DNA from: Octopus bimaculoides
Taxonomy: Eukaryota
Reading direction: 5' to 3'
Assembly (NCBI RefSeq): GCF_001194135.2
Contig: NC_068990.1
Location: forward strand, 87,953,525-88,013,230
Length of the DNA stretch: 59,706 bases
Made by a program: the position numbers and the translations under genes. Under the pieces are notes generated by a model that saw only the letters and a program-made list of their open reading frames with translations, did no database searches and was not told the origin of the DNA. Below, one piece after another: positions 26,060-39,881 of this stretch. Each line of letters opens with the position of its first letter. The first letter of the stretch is position 1.

Positions 26060-26280
26060 TATTCCACAGACATTTGTACTTTTAACAGATCCTTCCTAAG
26101 TCACATAGACTCATGGGGCTGGTTTCTAGTTTCCACAGCATATATGCTACCCTGGACTGGAGCATCATGAAATGAAGGGCTGCGCTCAAGAACGCAATGC
26201 ATCGCCCACTCCAGGAATTGAAACCACAATGTTAACAATCATGAGTCGAACACCCTTACCACTAAGCCACACACCTCCAC
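26060..26280 (-). mobile_element. tRNA-derived SINE, family C
   Basis: Minus-strand head gtggaggtgtgTGGCTTAGTGGtaagggtgttcgactc...GGTTTCAATTCCtgg with Pol III A- and B-box-like motifs. Confidence 0.75.
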
Positions 26281-26718
26281 AAAAGATAAAAGATACCACT
26301 TGTAATATAGAATTGTATTTTCTTTCATTGAATATTTTCTTTTTAATAGAGATGAGTCGTTACCCTCCACCGCACTCCTGGTGAATATCAGGTTTCATAG
26401 ATACCCTCTCAAATCAGTGCCACTCACCAACATAACCTATCAGTCTCTCACTTTCCACTTAAATGACTCTTGCTGAATCAGACATAAGCCACAGAGAGTT
26501 TCATTGAATCTTAGTGATTATTCTAAATTAAATTTCAGCCCATCCCTTGCTTCTCCATATCAAATCTATGTTTATGTAATAGATGTGCATGTGTGTATGT
26601 CTGTATGCACATGTATAATGAGAAATGTGTATATATATATGTGTATGTACATATATATGCCTATATGTATATATACGTATGTTATATATGTGTGTATATG
26701 TATATATATATATATATG

Positions 26719-26767
<49 letters not shown>

Positions 26768-26771
26768 GTGC

Positions 26772-26810
<39 letters not shown>

Positions 26811-26890
26811 CCTATATGTATATATTTGTGTATGTATATATGTATGTATATATATTTATATATATGTATATGTATGTATATATATTTGTA

Positions 26891-26973
<83 letters not shown>

Positions 26974-28046
26974 TACATATTGTGAAATATGTTTATATAA
27001 TAAAAGTGTGTGTGAAATATGTTTATGTAAAGCAAATATGTTTATATGTATTTATGAATAGTGTAGGTGTGTGTGAGTGAGAGAGAGAGAGAGGGAGAAA
27101 TATGTTTAGATAATACAAAAATAAGATGGTGTGTGTGTGTATGTGTGTGTGTGTGTATGTGTGTGTGTGTGTATGTGTGTGTGTGTGTATACACTCATAC
27201 ACGTATGTATGTGTATATCTGTCTACAGTGTGAATATTTTTTGTATGTTTTACATGTATGTGTATATGCATATATATATATATGTGTGTGTATGTGTGTG
27301 TGTGTATACACACACGTGTGTGTATCTATGTACATACACTGAGAGAGAGGGGGGGAGAAAGAGAACACAATTACAATTGGAGATGAAAGGGATCTGGTTA
27401 TCAGTTGTGTTAAACACAGAAATATAATGAAATTAAAGAGAGGGGGAGAGAGAGGGGGGGAGAGACTGGTTTTGTAGTAAGGAGTGAAGAAAGAGGAGAA
27501 AACGCAGAATAAGGTGTTGGGGAGGGAGGGTAGGTACTGAACAGTGAGGGGAAGAAAGAGAAGGAAACACACACACACACACACATGCACACATACACAC
27601 ACACACACACACACACATGTACACACACAAACATACACATAAGCAAATGACGTAAGAGAACAGAAACAACAACATGAAGAGTAACAACAACAACAACAGT
27701 AAACAGTATTGTGGATGTTACAAAGAAGTCTTTGAAGTGGGCAAAATTGGATGGATGATTCCAGTCTGCAATGGTGAGGGGAACAGAAAGAAGCTGGGAT
27801 GATGTCAGAAGGAGGATGAGTGAGGTGGGGCACAAGGCAATAAAAGACTCTGACTTTATAATGTAAGAGTAAAGAAGAAAAAAATTATTTATTTATTTAG
27901 AATTAAGCAGAAAGAATTTAAAGGTCAAAAGTTCAAATCTTGTTGCTTCTGTCCTGGGCTATTGAAATCATTATGCCACAGTACACCTGGCTGAAAGTAG
28001 GTATCTCTTGCCAGATTCAGCTTATTTTTTTATTGTTGTGTTACAG

Positions 28047-28124
28047 GCAAAATAAATTTGCAAAAAAAGAAGAAATTGTTCATAATGAACCTGTTCACCC
28101 AGTCCTGAAAATGTGGAATCTACA
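28047..28124 (+). CDS. Candidate coding exon (QNKFAKKEEIVHNEPVHPVLKMWNL)
   Basis: Strong acceptor tttttattgttgtgttacag|; 78 nt, phase 2-2, donor CA|gtatta. Phase-compatible with candidate 26350-26391 (DESLPSTALLVNI). Confidence 0.35.
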
Positions 28125-29074
28125 GTATTAAATGGTTTCTCTTAGAGTTCTGAGTTCGAATCTTGACAGATCTTTCTTGCCAGGAAGGGAAAGTTAATGA
28201 AATAAACTTTTAGCTAAGTAATAAGGTCAGATTAGTCGTCCTATAAAGTATTGTAGTTGTGAGTGGAATTATAATCAATGTACAATTAATTCGATACAAG
28301 TTTCTACTGCAGCATCATGTACATGTTTTCTTGAGAGATGTGCAACATTGTCTTTTTTAATATAATGGTAAATAGGCATTATTTGTCATGCTGTTGGGGT
28401 GTTATTATTTAGTCCTGATCATATACAACATTATCAAATGCAGCATCCTCGCTATGAACCTTCCTGTTTTGTTTTCCTTTATCTAAGAAGAGGAGATGTG
28501 ATTTGAAGGAGATTTTGTTGCTATTTCTAGCAGATCAAGATCAATCACACAGATTGCCCTCCCTACTTTGTTGAGTCAATGAGTGATTTAAACGCTCCAT
28601 TTGTTTGTTGCTTGTATATGTACAGAATGTCATGAGATTCTTATTATTATCGTTAATTTATAAACAAAAAAAATCCTTATCGTTATTTAGACAGTAAGCG
28701 TGGCAGACTAGATGCCTTGTGGTGTTTAATAACATCCTTTGACTTCCCAAGTTGAAATCCTATTGAATCAGAAGGAAAATGAAAATAAAACCTGAAGCAA
28801 AAAAAGAAAGCAAAAAAAAAAGGCTGATAGATGTACACAAACATCATTGAGATTGAAGAATCAGACAATCAAATCAAAAAAAGGTAATATGCTTTCTTTA
28901 CTTTAGCTATCTTCTGGAATATTCTTGAAGGAAAAGAAGTAAAAGAGAAGGTAAAGAACAGACAACCAAATATAAAAATAATTACATTAATTCTCTTTGG
29001 GTTTTTTTTTTTTCAAATTAAAATAGAAGAAATAAAAAGATATAATGTGTGTTTGCATATATAGAGGCATGTAT

Positions 29075-29118
<44 letters not shown>

Positions 29119-29581
29119 NNNNNNNNNNNNNNNNNNNNNNNNNNNNNNNNNNNNNNNNNNNNNNNNNNNNNNNNNNNNNNNNNNNNNNNNNNNNNNNNNN
29201 NNNNNNNNNNNNNNNNNNNNNNNNNNNNNNNNNNNNNNNNNNNNNNNNNNNNNNNNNNNNNNNNNNNNNNNNNNNNNNNNNNNNNNNNNNNNNNNNNNNN
29301 NNNNNNNNNNNNNNNNNATACACATGCACATATATACATTTATAGATAGATAGATAGATAGATAGATAAATATGCCTATATTTATATATATATATATACA
29401 CATATATACATATATATATATAAAAATATATATACATATATATGTATATATTTATATATATACACATATATATGTATATATATATATGCATATATTTATA
29501 TATATACACACGTATACATTATATATATATATATATATTTTTATATATGTGTATATGTATGTGTGTATANNNNNNNNNNTA

Positions 29582-29631
<50 letters not shown>

Positions 29632-30615
29632 TGCATATTACATATGTCTATAGATTATATATTTGTACATGTTGCTTGATATATAGAAGCTAACAAAATT
29701 CATTCTGTCTTTGAAATAGAGACCAAGATATTTTATATACCTAAATGCCTAAGATGAATTGTAATAAAAACCCCTGCATTCAGAACTTAAATCATCTTTA
29801 AATTGTATATTTTATTTTTTTCACTTTTTACATTTATTTCATTCTTGTATATAGTGAACAATAGTGTCGTTAGGTGCAGGTTTCCAATGGTCTAATCACT
29901 GGTCCACTGAACTTTTCACAGCAAGACGAACAAGGGGTTGTCTGTGCAACTCAGTGGAACAAATACCATAAAGATTGCTTCTTTTTTTATTTTACTCAAA
30001 AACACCCATCTTTTTATTTTTTATTTTTTTTAGTTTTCTCATCACTGTTTTTACAGATTTTGCTGATATACATCAACAGAAGTTATACATACACATAACA
30101 CACACATTCTCATTTGCACACGCATATTTATATAGACACAGAAACAGAAAGAAAGAGATATGAGTAGGAATGTGTAAATGTGTATAGCTAATACATTTAA
30201 GGTTAACTGGTAGAATTGTTAGAGCATCAGACAAAATGCCTTGTAATATCTGTTCCAGACCTTTAGACTTTCGTTTCATATCTAGCCAAGCTCAACTTTG
30301 CCTTTCATCCTTCTAAGGTTGATAATATAAAATACTAGTTTAGGGCAGTGGATCAGTGAAGTTGTTAGAGGTCAAAGAAAATGCCTTGTGATGTTTATTT
30401 GTTCTAACTCTTTTTATGTTCTAGCCAACAAGATGGAGTCCCATCTTGTAAAAAAAATCTTGTAAAAATATGCAAAGGGCAGCAATGGCAAAACACTCAT
30501 GTATTGCCTAATAAAATCTCCATAACAAGTGCATTTCTTGTCAAAGAAGTCACCAGGAGTCATTTATTGACCTGATAATTAACACACACACACACAAATA
30601 TATATAACGTATATA

Positions 30616-30656
<41 letters not shown>

Positions 30657-30842
30657 ACAAGCAGGAAAAATAGAACTCAGTACATGTGTATATATATATA
30701 TATTGTTTTACTTTTTTAATCAGTGGAAAATCATGAAGTGAATCAAAAGCCAATAATTTCATGCTTAAAATTTATTGAGTGGTTTATAACCTTACACAAA
30801 ACTCTTGGCCTTTGAGTCACTTTATAACTTTCTGCAGATTAA

Positions 30843-30879
<37 letters not shown>

Positions 30880-31826
30880 AACAGGCTTCAACACAGTTTT
30901 CATCAATTAAAATTCTGCTCATAAGGTATTAGTCAACTGCTTGCCATGTGTGATTAAATCCAGAACTATGTAGTTGTCTAGCAAACTTCTTAATCACACA
31001 ACCATGCCTACACCTTCTTTGCAATATCTATGTCTACTTTATATTTCAATATGTTTGATTTCTGAGCTTCTTATTTAAATCTTATTTGTGACAGGAGTAG
31101 GGGACATATTATGGACATCCAAAAATGAGACACCTGATGACAACTGGATCAAAATGAGATGTAGATATAGGATAGATATAAATTCTTAATATGAATATGT
31201 TAATAGTTTGTGTATATTGAGTTGTAAATTTTAGAACATAGTGTCCTACAAGTAAAACTGTGACGACTATAGCTTGATGAAGCTCAGCCTAAGTGCTTTT
31301 GGTGGGGATGCTAGTGGTGTTTATGGTGATGTGGTTATGATTAATGATGGCTGTAGTGTTGGTGATGATACTAGTGAGAGAGTTAATGTTTGTAATGTTA
31401 GTAGTGATGGTGGTGGTGGTGGTGGAGTTAATGATGGTGTGATGTTGGCTGGTAGCGATGATGGCGATGGTGTCGGTCGTGATAATGATGGTGGTGGTGG
31501 TGGTGGTGCCTGTGACGGCAGCTGCAACAAGGATGAGGAGATGACGGTGATGAATAAATACATAAACATAAAGACGAGTAATGAATGAATGAATATTATG
31601 TAGTTAACTACCTTAAGCTGAAATATAGGCTCTATAATCTGTGACAGTCTCTTACAATCTATAAAACTAATACACTCACACACAAACACATGAATATTGA
31701 ATATGTGTGTGAGTGTGTATGTTATGTGTGTCTAAAAATAATATATATATATATATATGCATATATATATAATGTTTATTATTGCATGCACACACGTTTT
31801 ATTCTTCTGCTGACTCTGTTCCTCCT

Positions 31827-31890
<64 letters not shown>

Positions 31891-32160
31891 CAGCATTTTC
31901 TTTTGTTTTCAATTTCTTTTTCCTTTTCTTAGTTTTATATATCTGTCTATATACCTATCTTCCTTGAATTTTTTCAGCTTCTCTTTCTTTCCATCACTCT
32001 TCCTCTCTCTCTCTCTCTCTGTCTCTCTCTTTCTCACCAAACTTTCTCCATCCCTCTCTCTCTCTTTCTCTCTGTCTTCGTCACTCTGTCTTTGTCTTGC
32101 TCTCTCACTCTCTCTCTCTCCCTCTCTGTCTCTCTCTTCCTCCTTCTCTTTGTCTCTACC

Positions 32161-32205
<45 letters not shown>

Positions 32206-32934
32206 TGCACACTCACACACAGAATGCAACTGATAACAGATATGGCAATCATCAACAGTTTATGCATTTTGGAAACAACAACAACATTGATTATGCATTA
32301 TTGATTGATGATTTTTCTCTCTAAATACAATGTTGTTTCAAAACTTGCTTCTATTACATGCTTGTTTGTTTTTTTTTTTTATTATTGTGTCCTTTTTTTT
32401 CTTTCTGTCTATTAATATACGGACTAGACAAGAAAACCTTACCAACGACTCACCATTTTTATTTATACTTTTAGACGTTTTGTTGTATTTATAGATTTTG
32501 TTGTTTTTTGTTATGTATATGTTTTGTGATATTTTCTTGAATAAATGCTTCACTAATGAGTGATGGAAAGTTCCATTTGATAGCAAGCATCAGGGGTTGG
32601 CTTTTCTAAGATTCATTTATTATTACTTTTTTGTTTTTTTGTTTTTCTTTATCATTATTTTTGTCATTATTGTTGCTTTTGTTGTGGTTGTTGTTGCTGC
32701 TATTGTCATTGTCATCATCATCATCATCATCATTACCATCGTCATAATCCTTGCTATAGTTGTCATCATCATCATCAGCAGCAGCAGCATCTTTGATGTT
32801 GTTCTTATTTCTGTTACCATCATCGGCGTTGTCATCAACATTGCTATCATCAACAACAACATTGTCATCGTCATATTGTCAAAACTCATCGTTAGGAACA
32901 TCTTCATTACTAATGTCATTAGCATCTTATGTAG

Positions 32935-33023
32935 GATGGATCCAGCTGCCAGTGGCAACCAGAGATATTGCTCCACTTTCCTGCTGTCTTCTGTCTTTCT
33001 TTCTACGAGTGTCAAGGTCAAAA
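32935..33023 (+). CDS. Candidate exon, frame undetermined
   Basis: catcttatgtag|...AAA|gtaagt; GC-elevated, with all three frames open. Confidence 0.3.
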
Positions 33024-34154
33024 GTAAGTCGTGCAAGGGACAGGCCTAAAAGAACTGAGGATGAATCTGCCCCTCCCTTATGAATCCTATATTGTTTCTT
33101 CAAGTATTACAGAAGATAATAGGTGAGTGGAAAGAGACAGAGACAGACAGACAGACAGACAGGGGGGAAAGCCTGCTTCTCTCTCCACTATAAAGTACAT
33201 GTTACTGTTTTGAAAAAGGGAGGGGATATATTGGGTATTGCTGTTCAAGGTACAATATGCTTGAGAAAATGATTGTAGGTCTACTGGATCAGGCTTAACC
33301 TGGAGCTAAAAATGTTTTGTTTTTTAGGGGCGGGGTATTGATTTAATCAGAGAAGGAAAGGCAGCAGCAATTACTATTTTTAGGGCCTCTAACAGACTAG
33401 CTCAGGGAATCCATCTACAGACCTAACCCCAATGCTTTCAATGGAGTGGACTTCGCTACAAACATTGATATGCAAGATAATAGTGTTGACCTGGTTGAAG
33501 GATTTAATCTACCGCCTAAGATTATATTTAAATAATGCAAACTTTAATTTAGAATATTCCTTATAGTTAGTTTCAAATTGTAATTATTTGGCAAATGATT
33601 TATACAGTATATTAAAACTGAAACATTTACATTATGAATATGTCAAGACAGCCATTTAAAGTGTATCTATACCATTATATCCACTTTTGTTTTATTTTGA
33701 AATAGTTATATATCTTATTATAATGAAGAATATACTTCAATAGGTATATATGTAACCAATGCAAATCTCTTCTTCTAAATGAGTTATACTATAGAGATTT
33801 CAATTAGTAATAATTTCAAGAACAAAACAGAACCTCATCAGCTTGCTGAAACCTGGGATTAGAGGCCTTTAGATCTTCAGCTAAGCTATTTCATCTACTT
33901 GTAAATGGCCTCCTAATTAGTAGAAATACATTTACTTTCATTAAAATGAGAATAATTTGCTAAATTATATCATACAAAATGCACTAATTAATGGGTATAG
34001 AAAAAAATCCATTCCAAATTAAAAAATGATTCAAAATATAATAGGTTTATTTTGTTTTTATGTAATTTTATTCATTTCTTCTACATGTTTTCAATTTGTC
34101 TGAAATACTCACACGCACGCAGGCACGCATGCATATGCACACACACACACACAT

Positions 34155-34191
<37 letters not shown>

Positions 34192-34305
34192 TATACACAC
34201 ACACATACACACACACACACATATACATACACACACATACACACACACAGAGTAGAAGAGGGAGGGAGAGAAAGAGGAATATGGTATATTTTAAACAATT
34301 AGCAG

Positions 34306-34449
34306 GTATCTAACATATGGTTGATCAATCTGTTGAAAACTGGACAAAACTCTCACAAATTACACCCTAAAATGAAGACTGCATTAGACATTACAGTTCT
34401 TGATATACCAACAATGAGACTGTCACAATTGGAATATATTTCATCATGA
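34306..34449 (+). CDS. Candidate terminal coding exon (VSNIWLINLLKTGQNSHKLHPKMKTALDITVLDIPTMRLSQLEYISS*)
   Basis: aacaattagcag| followed by 47 open codons and TGA; the other two frames close within 6 codons. Confidence 0.25.
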   Translation, partial: VSNIWLINLLKTGQNSHKLHPKMKTALDITVLDIPTMRLSQLEYISS

Positions 34450-36503
34450 TTTTTAGACTACAAGTAATCCAGGACTACACAACTGCACCAAAGTTTACTT
34501 TGAGCCAATGAGAGAAGGCTTCTGCATGGGTATTATAACTTGCTAGATATAACAGCCAAATTTTGCTCACCAAATCCATTTGCAAGGCTTTGATTAGTCT
34601 GGAGCTATAGTAGAAAACAATTGGCCTAGACGTCATACAGTGGAACTGAATGTAAAGACCACATAGTTGGGAAGCAAGTTTCTTACCCACGCACCCTTGC
34701 ATACACACACACACACACACATAGAAAATCATTAAACAGCCACACCAAGGGATCGACACCGATGAAGAGACAGCTCCTTTTTATAGCAGGGTTGCAATTG
34801 CAACGGTTACTAATCAGTACAATTGAAACATGTGTTGGTCTTAAAAGATAGTATATAATTATATAATTAAAAGGAATGTTGTTGCTACATCGGAGTAATC
34901 CTTATTCTTAATATTGTCAATGTGTGTGTGTGTTAAATGGCTGTTAAGACTTTACTATGATGCATTTATCCCATTAGGTTTAATTTTAATGTTATTTTCA
35001 TAATTCATGCAACCTCTTAGATTACTTTACCAACTCCTTAATTATTTAATTTGATTTAATATATTCCGCTATATGTCTATAAACACTCTGGAGTACTTAA
35101 AGAACCTTGTGTAGTCTTAGAAACACATTTTTTATTGTTTGTTTTATTGCTAAGTTTAATTATTACATATTATTTTAAATGTATCCATTTATCATAATTA
35201 ACTACAAAAGTATCTGTCTATTTAATATACATAAACACATTTTTATCCACTTTCTTTTTATCTGTAGTACTTGAAGAACTGCATGTAGCTATAGAAACAT
35301 GTTTATTCTGTATGTGAACTCGCAGCATTAATTGTAACATATCATCATAAACATCCATTTATCATTGTTATTTGTCTAATTAATATTCATTGACACTTAG
35401 TTATTTGTTTTTGTCTTCTTATACACATAACCATATGCTGTTATAGCTATTATAATATGTATATATCATTATATATGTTCAGTTAAAAAATAACATGTGA
35501 TTACATATATATGTATATATATGTACACACATACACACACACACATAATTTCTAACAATTTTGGCAGGGTACAGTCAATTTAATTGAACCTAGTTCTTCA
35601 TAGATTTTTTTTATATTGCAATTAGTGAGCAATAAGCGTCATTAGTCACAGGATTTTAATGAGTTCACTGAATTTCTATTAGTCAGAGTAACAGGAGAGT
35701 GTCTATAATTTAGTGCAGAACAAATATCTTAAGGGACTTTCTTTGTAAAGCACTTGTTGTCTAGTTTTCCCAGCTGTTATCTATCTTCTTTACAAATGGA
35801 AATTAGAATACTGCAAGACATATGTTGACTAAATACCAACACATCATGTTCGTGAATAAGTTTGTTAATATTTCACATGCATACGTTTAATAAACATACA
35901 TTTTAGGCCCACATTTAATCCATCAGGGCACTCTCTCTCTCTCTTTCTCTGTAGAATGAGTTAAAGAACATTTTGAGTAGTTTCATGCTTCATTAACAAG
36001 TTCAGCAGAAACATTTACATCATTTGATCGACAGAGAAAATGTCTTCACCATCTTTGTTAGCTATTGTTATTGTTGTTATTCAGCCCAAGCCTGATCCCA
36101 TGATGTAAACACTCCTGAAATTACATCCTGTGATGTAGTAACCAATGCCTTATGAAGAAAGTCCCTTAGGGTATTTGTTCTGCACTGAATTACAGGCACT
36201 CTCTTGTCACTCAGGCAAACAGATGAATTAAACATACATATGTAATTGCATATGATTTCTGTCATAGCAGACCTATGATAAAAGTCACCCTAATCCTCAC
36301 CATGCCATTTTAGTGAACCCTGCACCACATTGTCTTACATGAATAGTAGAGTGTAACTTGAAGGAGATTCACCTGCTATTTTTAGCAGGTCTAACAGTCA
36401 GGTAGAGGATCACTCATTAGTTTATCTAAGTTAGTATAACAATTGTCTGCTTACGTAGCATATATACAATGCGCGTGTGTGTGTGTGTTTGTTCATGCAT
36501 GCA

Positions 36504-36546
<43 letters not shown>

Positions 36547-36605
36547 AGAATATGTCTATAGATTTTTAGCCAATATGCTCTGTGTGTGTGTGTTTATGTA
36601 TAAAA

Positions 36606-36638
<33 letters not shown>

Positions 36639-36805
36639 CAAATGTTAACAGCTTGTCTATAGGTTTGTGAGTTTGTATGTGTGTGATATGCGTATGTTTG
36701 TATGTGTGTTTGTTCAATGTTTTTCAAGCTGTAATTCAACCAGGTCAACATATGGTCTGCTGGCATAAACAGATTGTCAGCTTATTATCCTACTACACTC
36801 TTACT

Positions 36806-36841
<36 letters not shown>

Positions 36842-36999
36842 TCACTCCCCAGCATTCCACCTCAACCGACATCAACAACAACAACCACCAAAGCCAATGC
36901 TCAACCAACACGAATGCTGTCCTGACCAACAACACCTCTATGCAGTCACTCAACCTGCAAAAAACAGCAGCCAAAGTTTCCTTGCATCACCCTCCTTAC

Positions 37000-37045
37000 C
37001 ATCTTCAAAAAGAAGGACATGTTGAATTATGTGCTTCTGAGTTCC
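37000..37045 (-). CDS. Candidate minus-strand exon (GTQKHIIQHVLLFED)
   Basis: Very strong signals: tttttttgtctttttcctatgcacag|GGA...GAT G|gtaagg; 46 nt, only frame 0 open. Confidence 0.4.
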
Positions 37046-38519
37046 CTGTGCATAGGAAAAAGACAAAAAAAAAAGAAAAAGAACATGGCAAATGGAATGA
37101 CTTTGATCCGAGATCTACTTGATTAGCTCTAACTCAGAGCTAAACAACAACAGCAACCGACACCACCATTTCAACCACCACATCCGAAAGCTATGATGAC
37201 CAACAACACTATAATCACCACATTCAATAGCACCACCAAAACAATCACCACCACCACCACCATTACTGCACGCGTAATTTCTAATTTATCACCTAAATAG
37301 GGTTCTGTCTTGTCAAAACAGTATATTAATGGCTTCTCTATTAACTCAGCCAAGATGGCTTAAAAGCAGCCAGAGAGACAATCAGTCGTTCTTTGATTAA
37401 ACATTGTCAAAGACTTCAAGATTGTATCTATAATCGGAATTAACTTGCTTGGAACACTTTCAAATGGCAAACCAAATATTTTATGGTAAAATCCTGAATC
37501 CAAGGAAACTGGTGATGGTCTGATTACATCAGTTGTAATTAGTGAATAGGGACAGGTTTGTGAGAAAGATAATAAGTTTAGTTGTTGTGAATAGTGTGGG
37601 ATCTAATGTTTTAGGACCTCGCTCCTTATCTAGAAAGAAACCAGAGAGAGAGCATTGTTTTGGGTTGTGGGCAGACATATTTTGAAAGAATTGAGGCTGT
37701 GGGTAAGAGACAAAAGGGCTCCAAGAGAGACTGAAGATACATGTAGTGGGATTGAACCCAAACCATTGTTGCAAAGCAAACATCTTATCATACAGCCATC
37801 CCTGTCCCTGTATACTTATATGTCAGAAGTAAGATATCCCTAACCAGAATCTTTAATCTTAGGCTGCAAATAAAGCAGCCTTCAGCAATTCACACTCATA
37901 GATTTCAAATGCATGGATGCAGTCATTGGAAACTAGCAATACAAATTACAAATATTGATTTATAACATTGACATTAGGCCACAGATTGCAGGGTAGAAAT
38001 ATAAGTAAATCAACCCCGACTACTTAGGTAAACAGTGCAGGGCAACTTATATAGCGCTCTGTTGCATCTGGCACTTCACTGACCTAGCAACATAAATATT
38101 GATTTCTAACTTCAGCTGAAAGCCAAGAAGTAGAATAATCAATTAAATAATTGATGGACTTGACCTCAGTACTTGACTGGTATTTGTTTTATCCATCACA
38201 GAAAAGTAAGCAATGAAGTTGATTGCGATAAGATTTGAACCTAAAATGTTAAGGGATGTAATAAAATAACACATAGCATTTAGTTAGACATTCTATCAAT
38301 CCTCACATCTTGAATAATCATCAACATACTTGCTATTGTTTTATATCCACTTTCCATGTTAGCATGGGTTAGATGAGTTATCATCATCTAAATGAGTTCT
38401 TACTTGGAGATGCTACTCTCCTAGATGTGTTGAAGGACCACAAACCATTCATGCATTTGACTTTTGGCTTAGTTTCCATGACTGGATATCTTCTTAATAC
38501 CAACTACTTTATAAAGTAC

Positions 38520-38617
38520 AAGCTGAACAGTGCATCGTTGCAATAAGTGTGTGAATCTGAGAGGAGAATATGTTGAGTGTAATCATAATCAAATGATCCT
38601 TTCAGCACACCCTCGTA
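38520..38617 (-). mobile_element. Partial mariner MITE, same family as 25334-25561
   Basis: tgcaataagtgtgtgaatctgagaggagaatatgttgag matches the reverse of 25400-25455; ends in cagcacaccctcg|TA. Confidence 0.65.
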
Positions 38618-39107
38618 TATGCTAGTCAAATACTGGGATCAGTGTAATCCACGACACTCACCATTCGAAGGTTTGAGGCTTTGAAGACCATTGAAGTTGA
38701 GAGCAAACTGCTTCCTTCATGAACACGAATGATAACTATTTGTAGCCAGTGGACTGGGCTACAACAGCAAGCTGATTACCTCAGCAAATCACAAACTGTA
38801 ATAATGGTGCTGACCTTTTCCTTAGCAAGTTGACGCCCTGTTGAGCCAACCAGCTGTATCTCACATGTCTCACCTCACTGACCTCTCATTAACTGCTATA
38901 ATTAAATAGATTGTTAATAAGGTTAAGTTAAATCAGCTTTTCCACTATCTCCAACACCAAATAGACAGTTTAACATCCTTCTAATTACCAACATCATCTA
39001 TTCTCTCTCGTTTTTATTATTTATATTTTTATTTTATCTTTTCATAACTGTATTTATAGTTTGTATCTATTTACTACTTACATTATAAACACACACACAC
39101 ACACACA

Positions 39108-39108
39108 C

Positions 39109-39164
<56 letters not shown>
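39108..39164. repeat. (GATA)n microsatellite
   Basis: Direct tandem agatagat. Confidence 0.95.
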
Positions 39165-39165
<1 letters not shown>

Positions 39166-39881
39166 CCTTAGTGGTATCAAAAAGTTCCTGGACTAGCTAT
39201 GTTTAATAAAAAATAACTTATTTACTTAAGTTTTAATATCGTCTCCTTTGAAATAGTCACCTTGCACAGTAATACACCAATCCCAGCATTCCTGCTACTT
39301 TGGGAATCTGGACTGGGAGTCGTTTTCCATAAAGATCTTCTGTGATTTGCTCTTGATCTTAACAATGGTATTAAAACTGCGACTTTTGAGCTGCATTTTT
39401 ATCTTGGGGAAGAGTTGGAAGTCTACAGGTGCTACATCTGGCGAATAGGGCAGGTGCAGAAGTCATGCCATCTTGATTTTGGCAAGAAGCTAATGAGTGA
39501 GGCAAGCTTGGTAACAGGGTGCATTGTCATTGTGAAGAATCTAACTCTTCATGCTCCACTGATCCGGTTGCGTTTGCCAAATGTCCTCCCTTAAAGGCTT
39601 CAAAACATTGCAGTAGGACCCTCAATTGGTAGTCTGGCCCTGGGAGATGAACTCTCGATGCATAATACCACATTTCTGAAGGTGACACTTGTAGCAAGTC
39701 TTCCAGATTGCCTGTCTTTCAGGGATGTCCTTCCACTTTTGGAGTACCCGTGCCACTCAAAACATTGCATACGACCCATTGCCTCATTGCTGTAAGCTAA
39801 CCAAAGCATGATCAGTGTCTCTGTAGCAGACTTCCCAAAGTTTAATGCAAAATTTCACATTGGCTCTTTGCTCTTGTCCAT
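39166..39881 (-). pseudogene. Mariner transposase pseudogene with internal deletion
   Basis: Minus strand: MDKSKEPM*NFALNFGKSATETLIMLWLAYSNEAMGRMQCFEWHGYSKSGRTSLKDRQSGR (mariner HTH N-terminus), then EFISQGQTTN*GSYCNVLKPLREDI...ILHNDNAPC (HDNA motif), then a CITVQGDYFKGD-like C-terminus. TIR-like gtatcaaaaagttcctggact at ~39174. Confidence 0.9.

Noticed and set aside
26180-26280. tRNA-like sequence with A and B boxes
   Set aside because: It is a SINE head; no complete cloverleaf or acceptor stem, so not called as a tRNA gene.
33391-33531. Open frame LRESIYRPNPNAFNGVDFATNIDMQDNSVDLVEGFNLPPKIIFK*
   Set aside because: Protein-like, but two frames are open, the acceptor is ambiguous and it conflicts with the 34306 terminal-exon candidate. 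Unresolved rather than supported.
38662-38758. Minus exon candidate ending ATG|gtgagt (PVHWLQIVIIRVHEGSSLLSTSMVFKASNLRM)
   Set aside because: The donor lies at the edge of a SINE remnant and the frame and acceptor are ambiguous.
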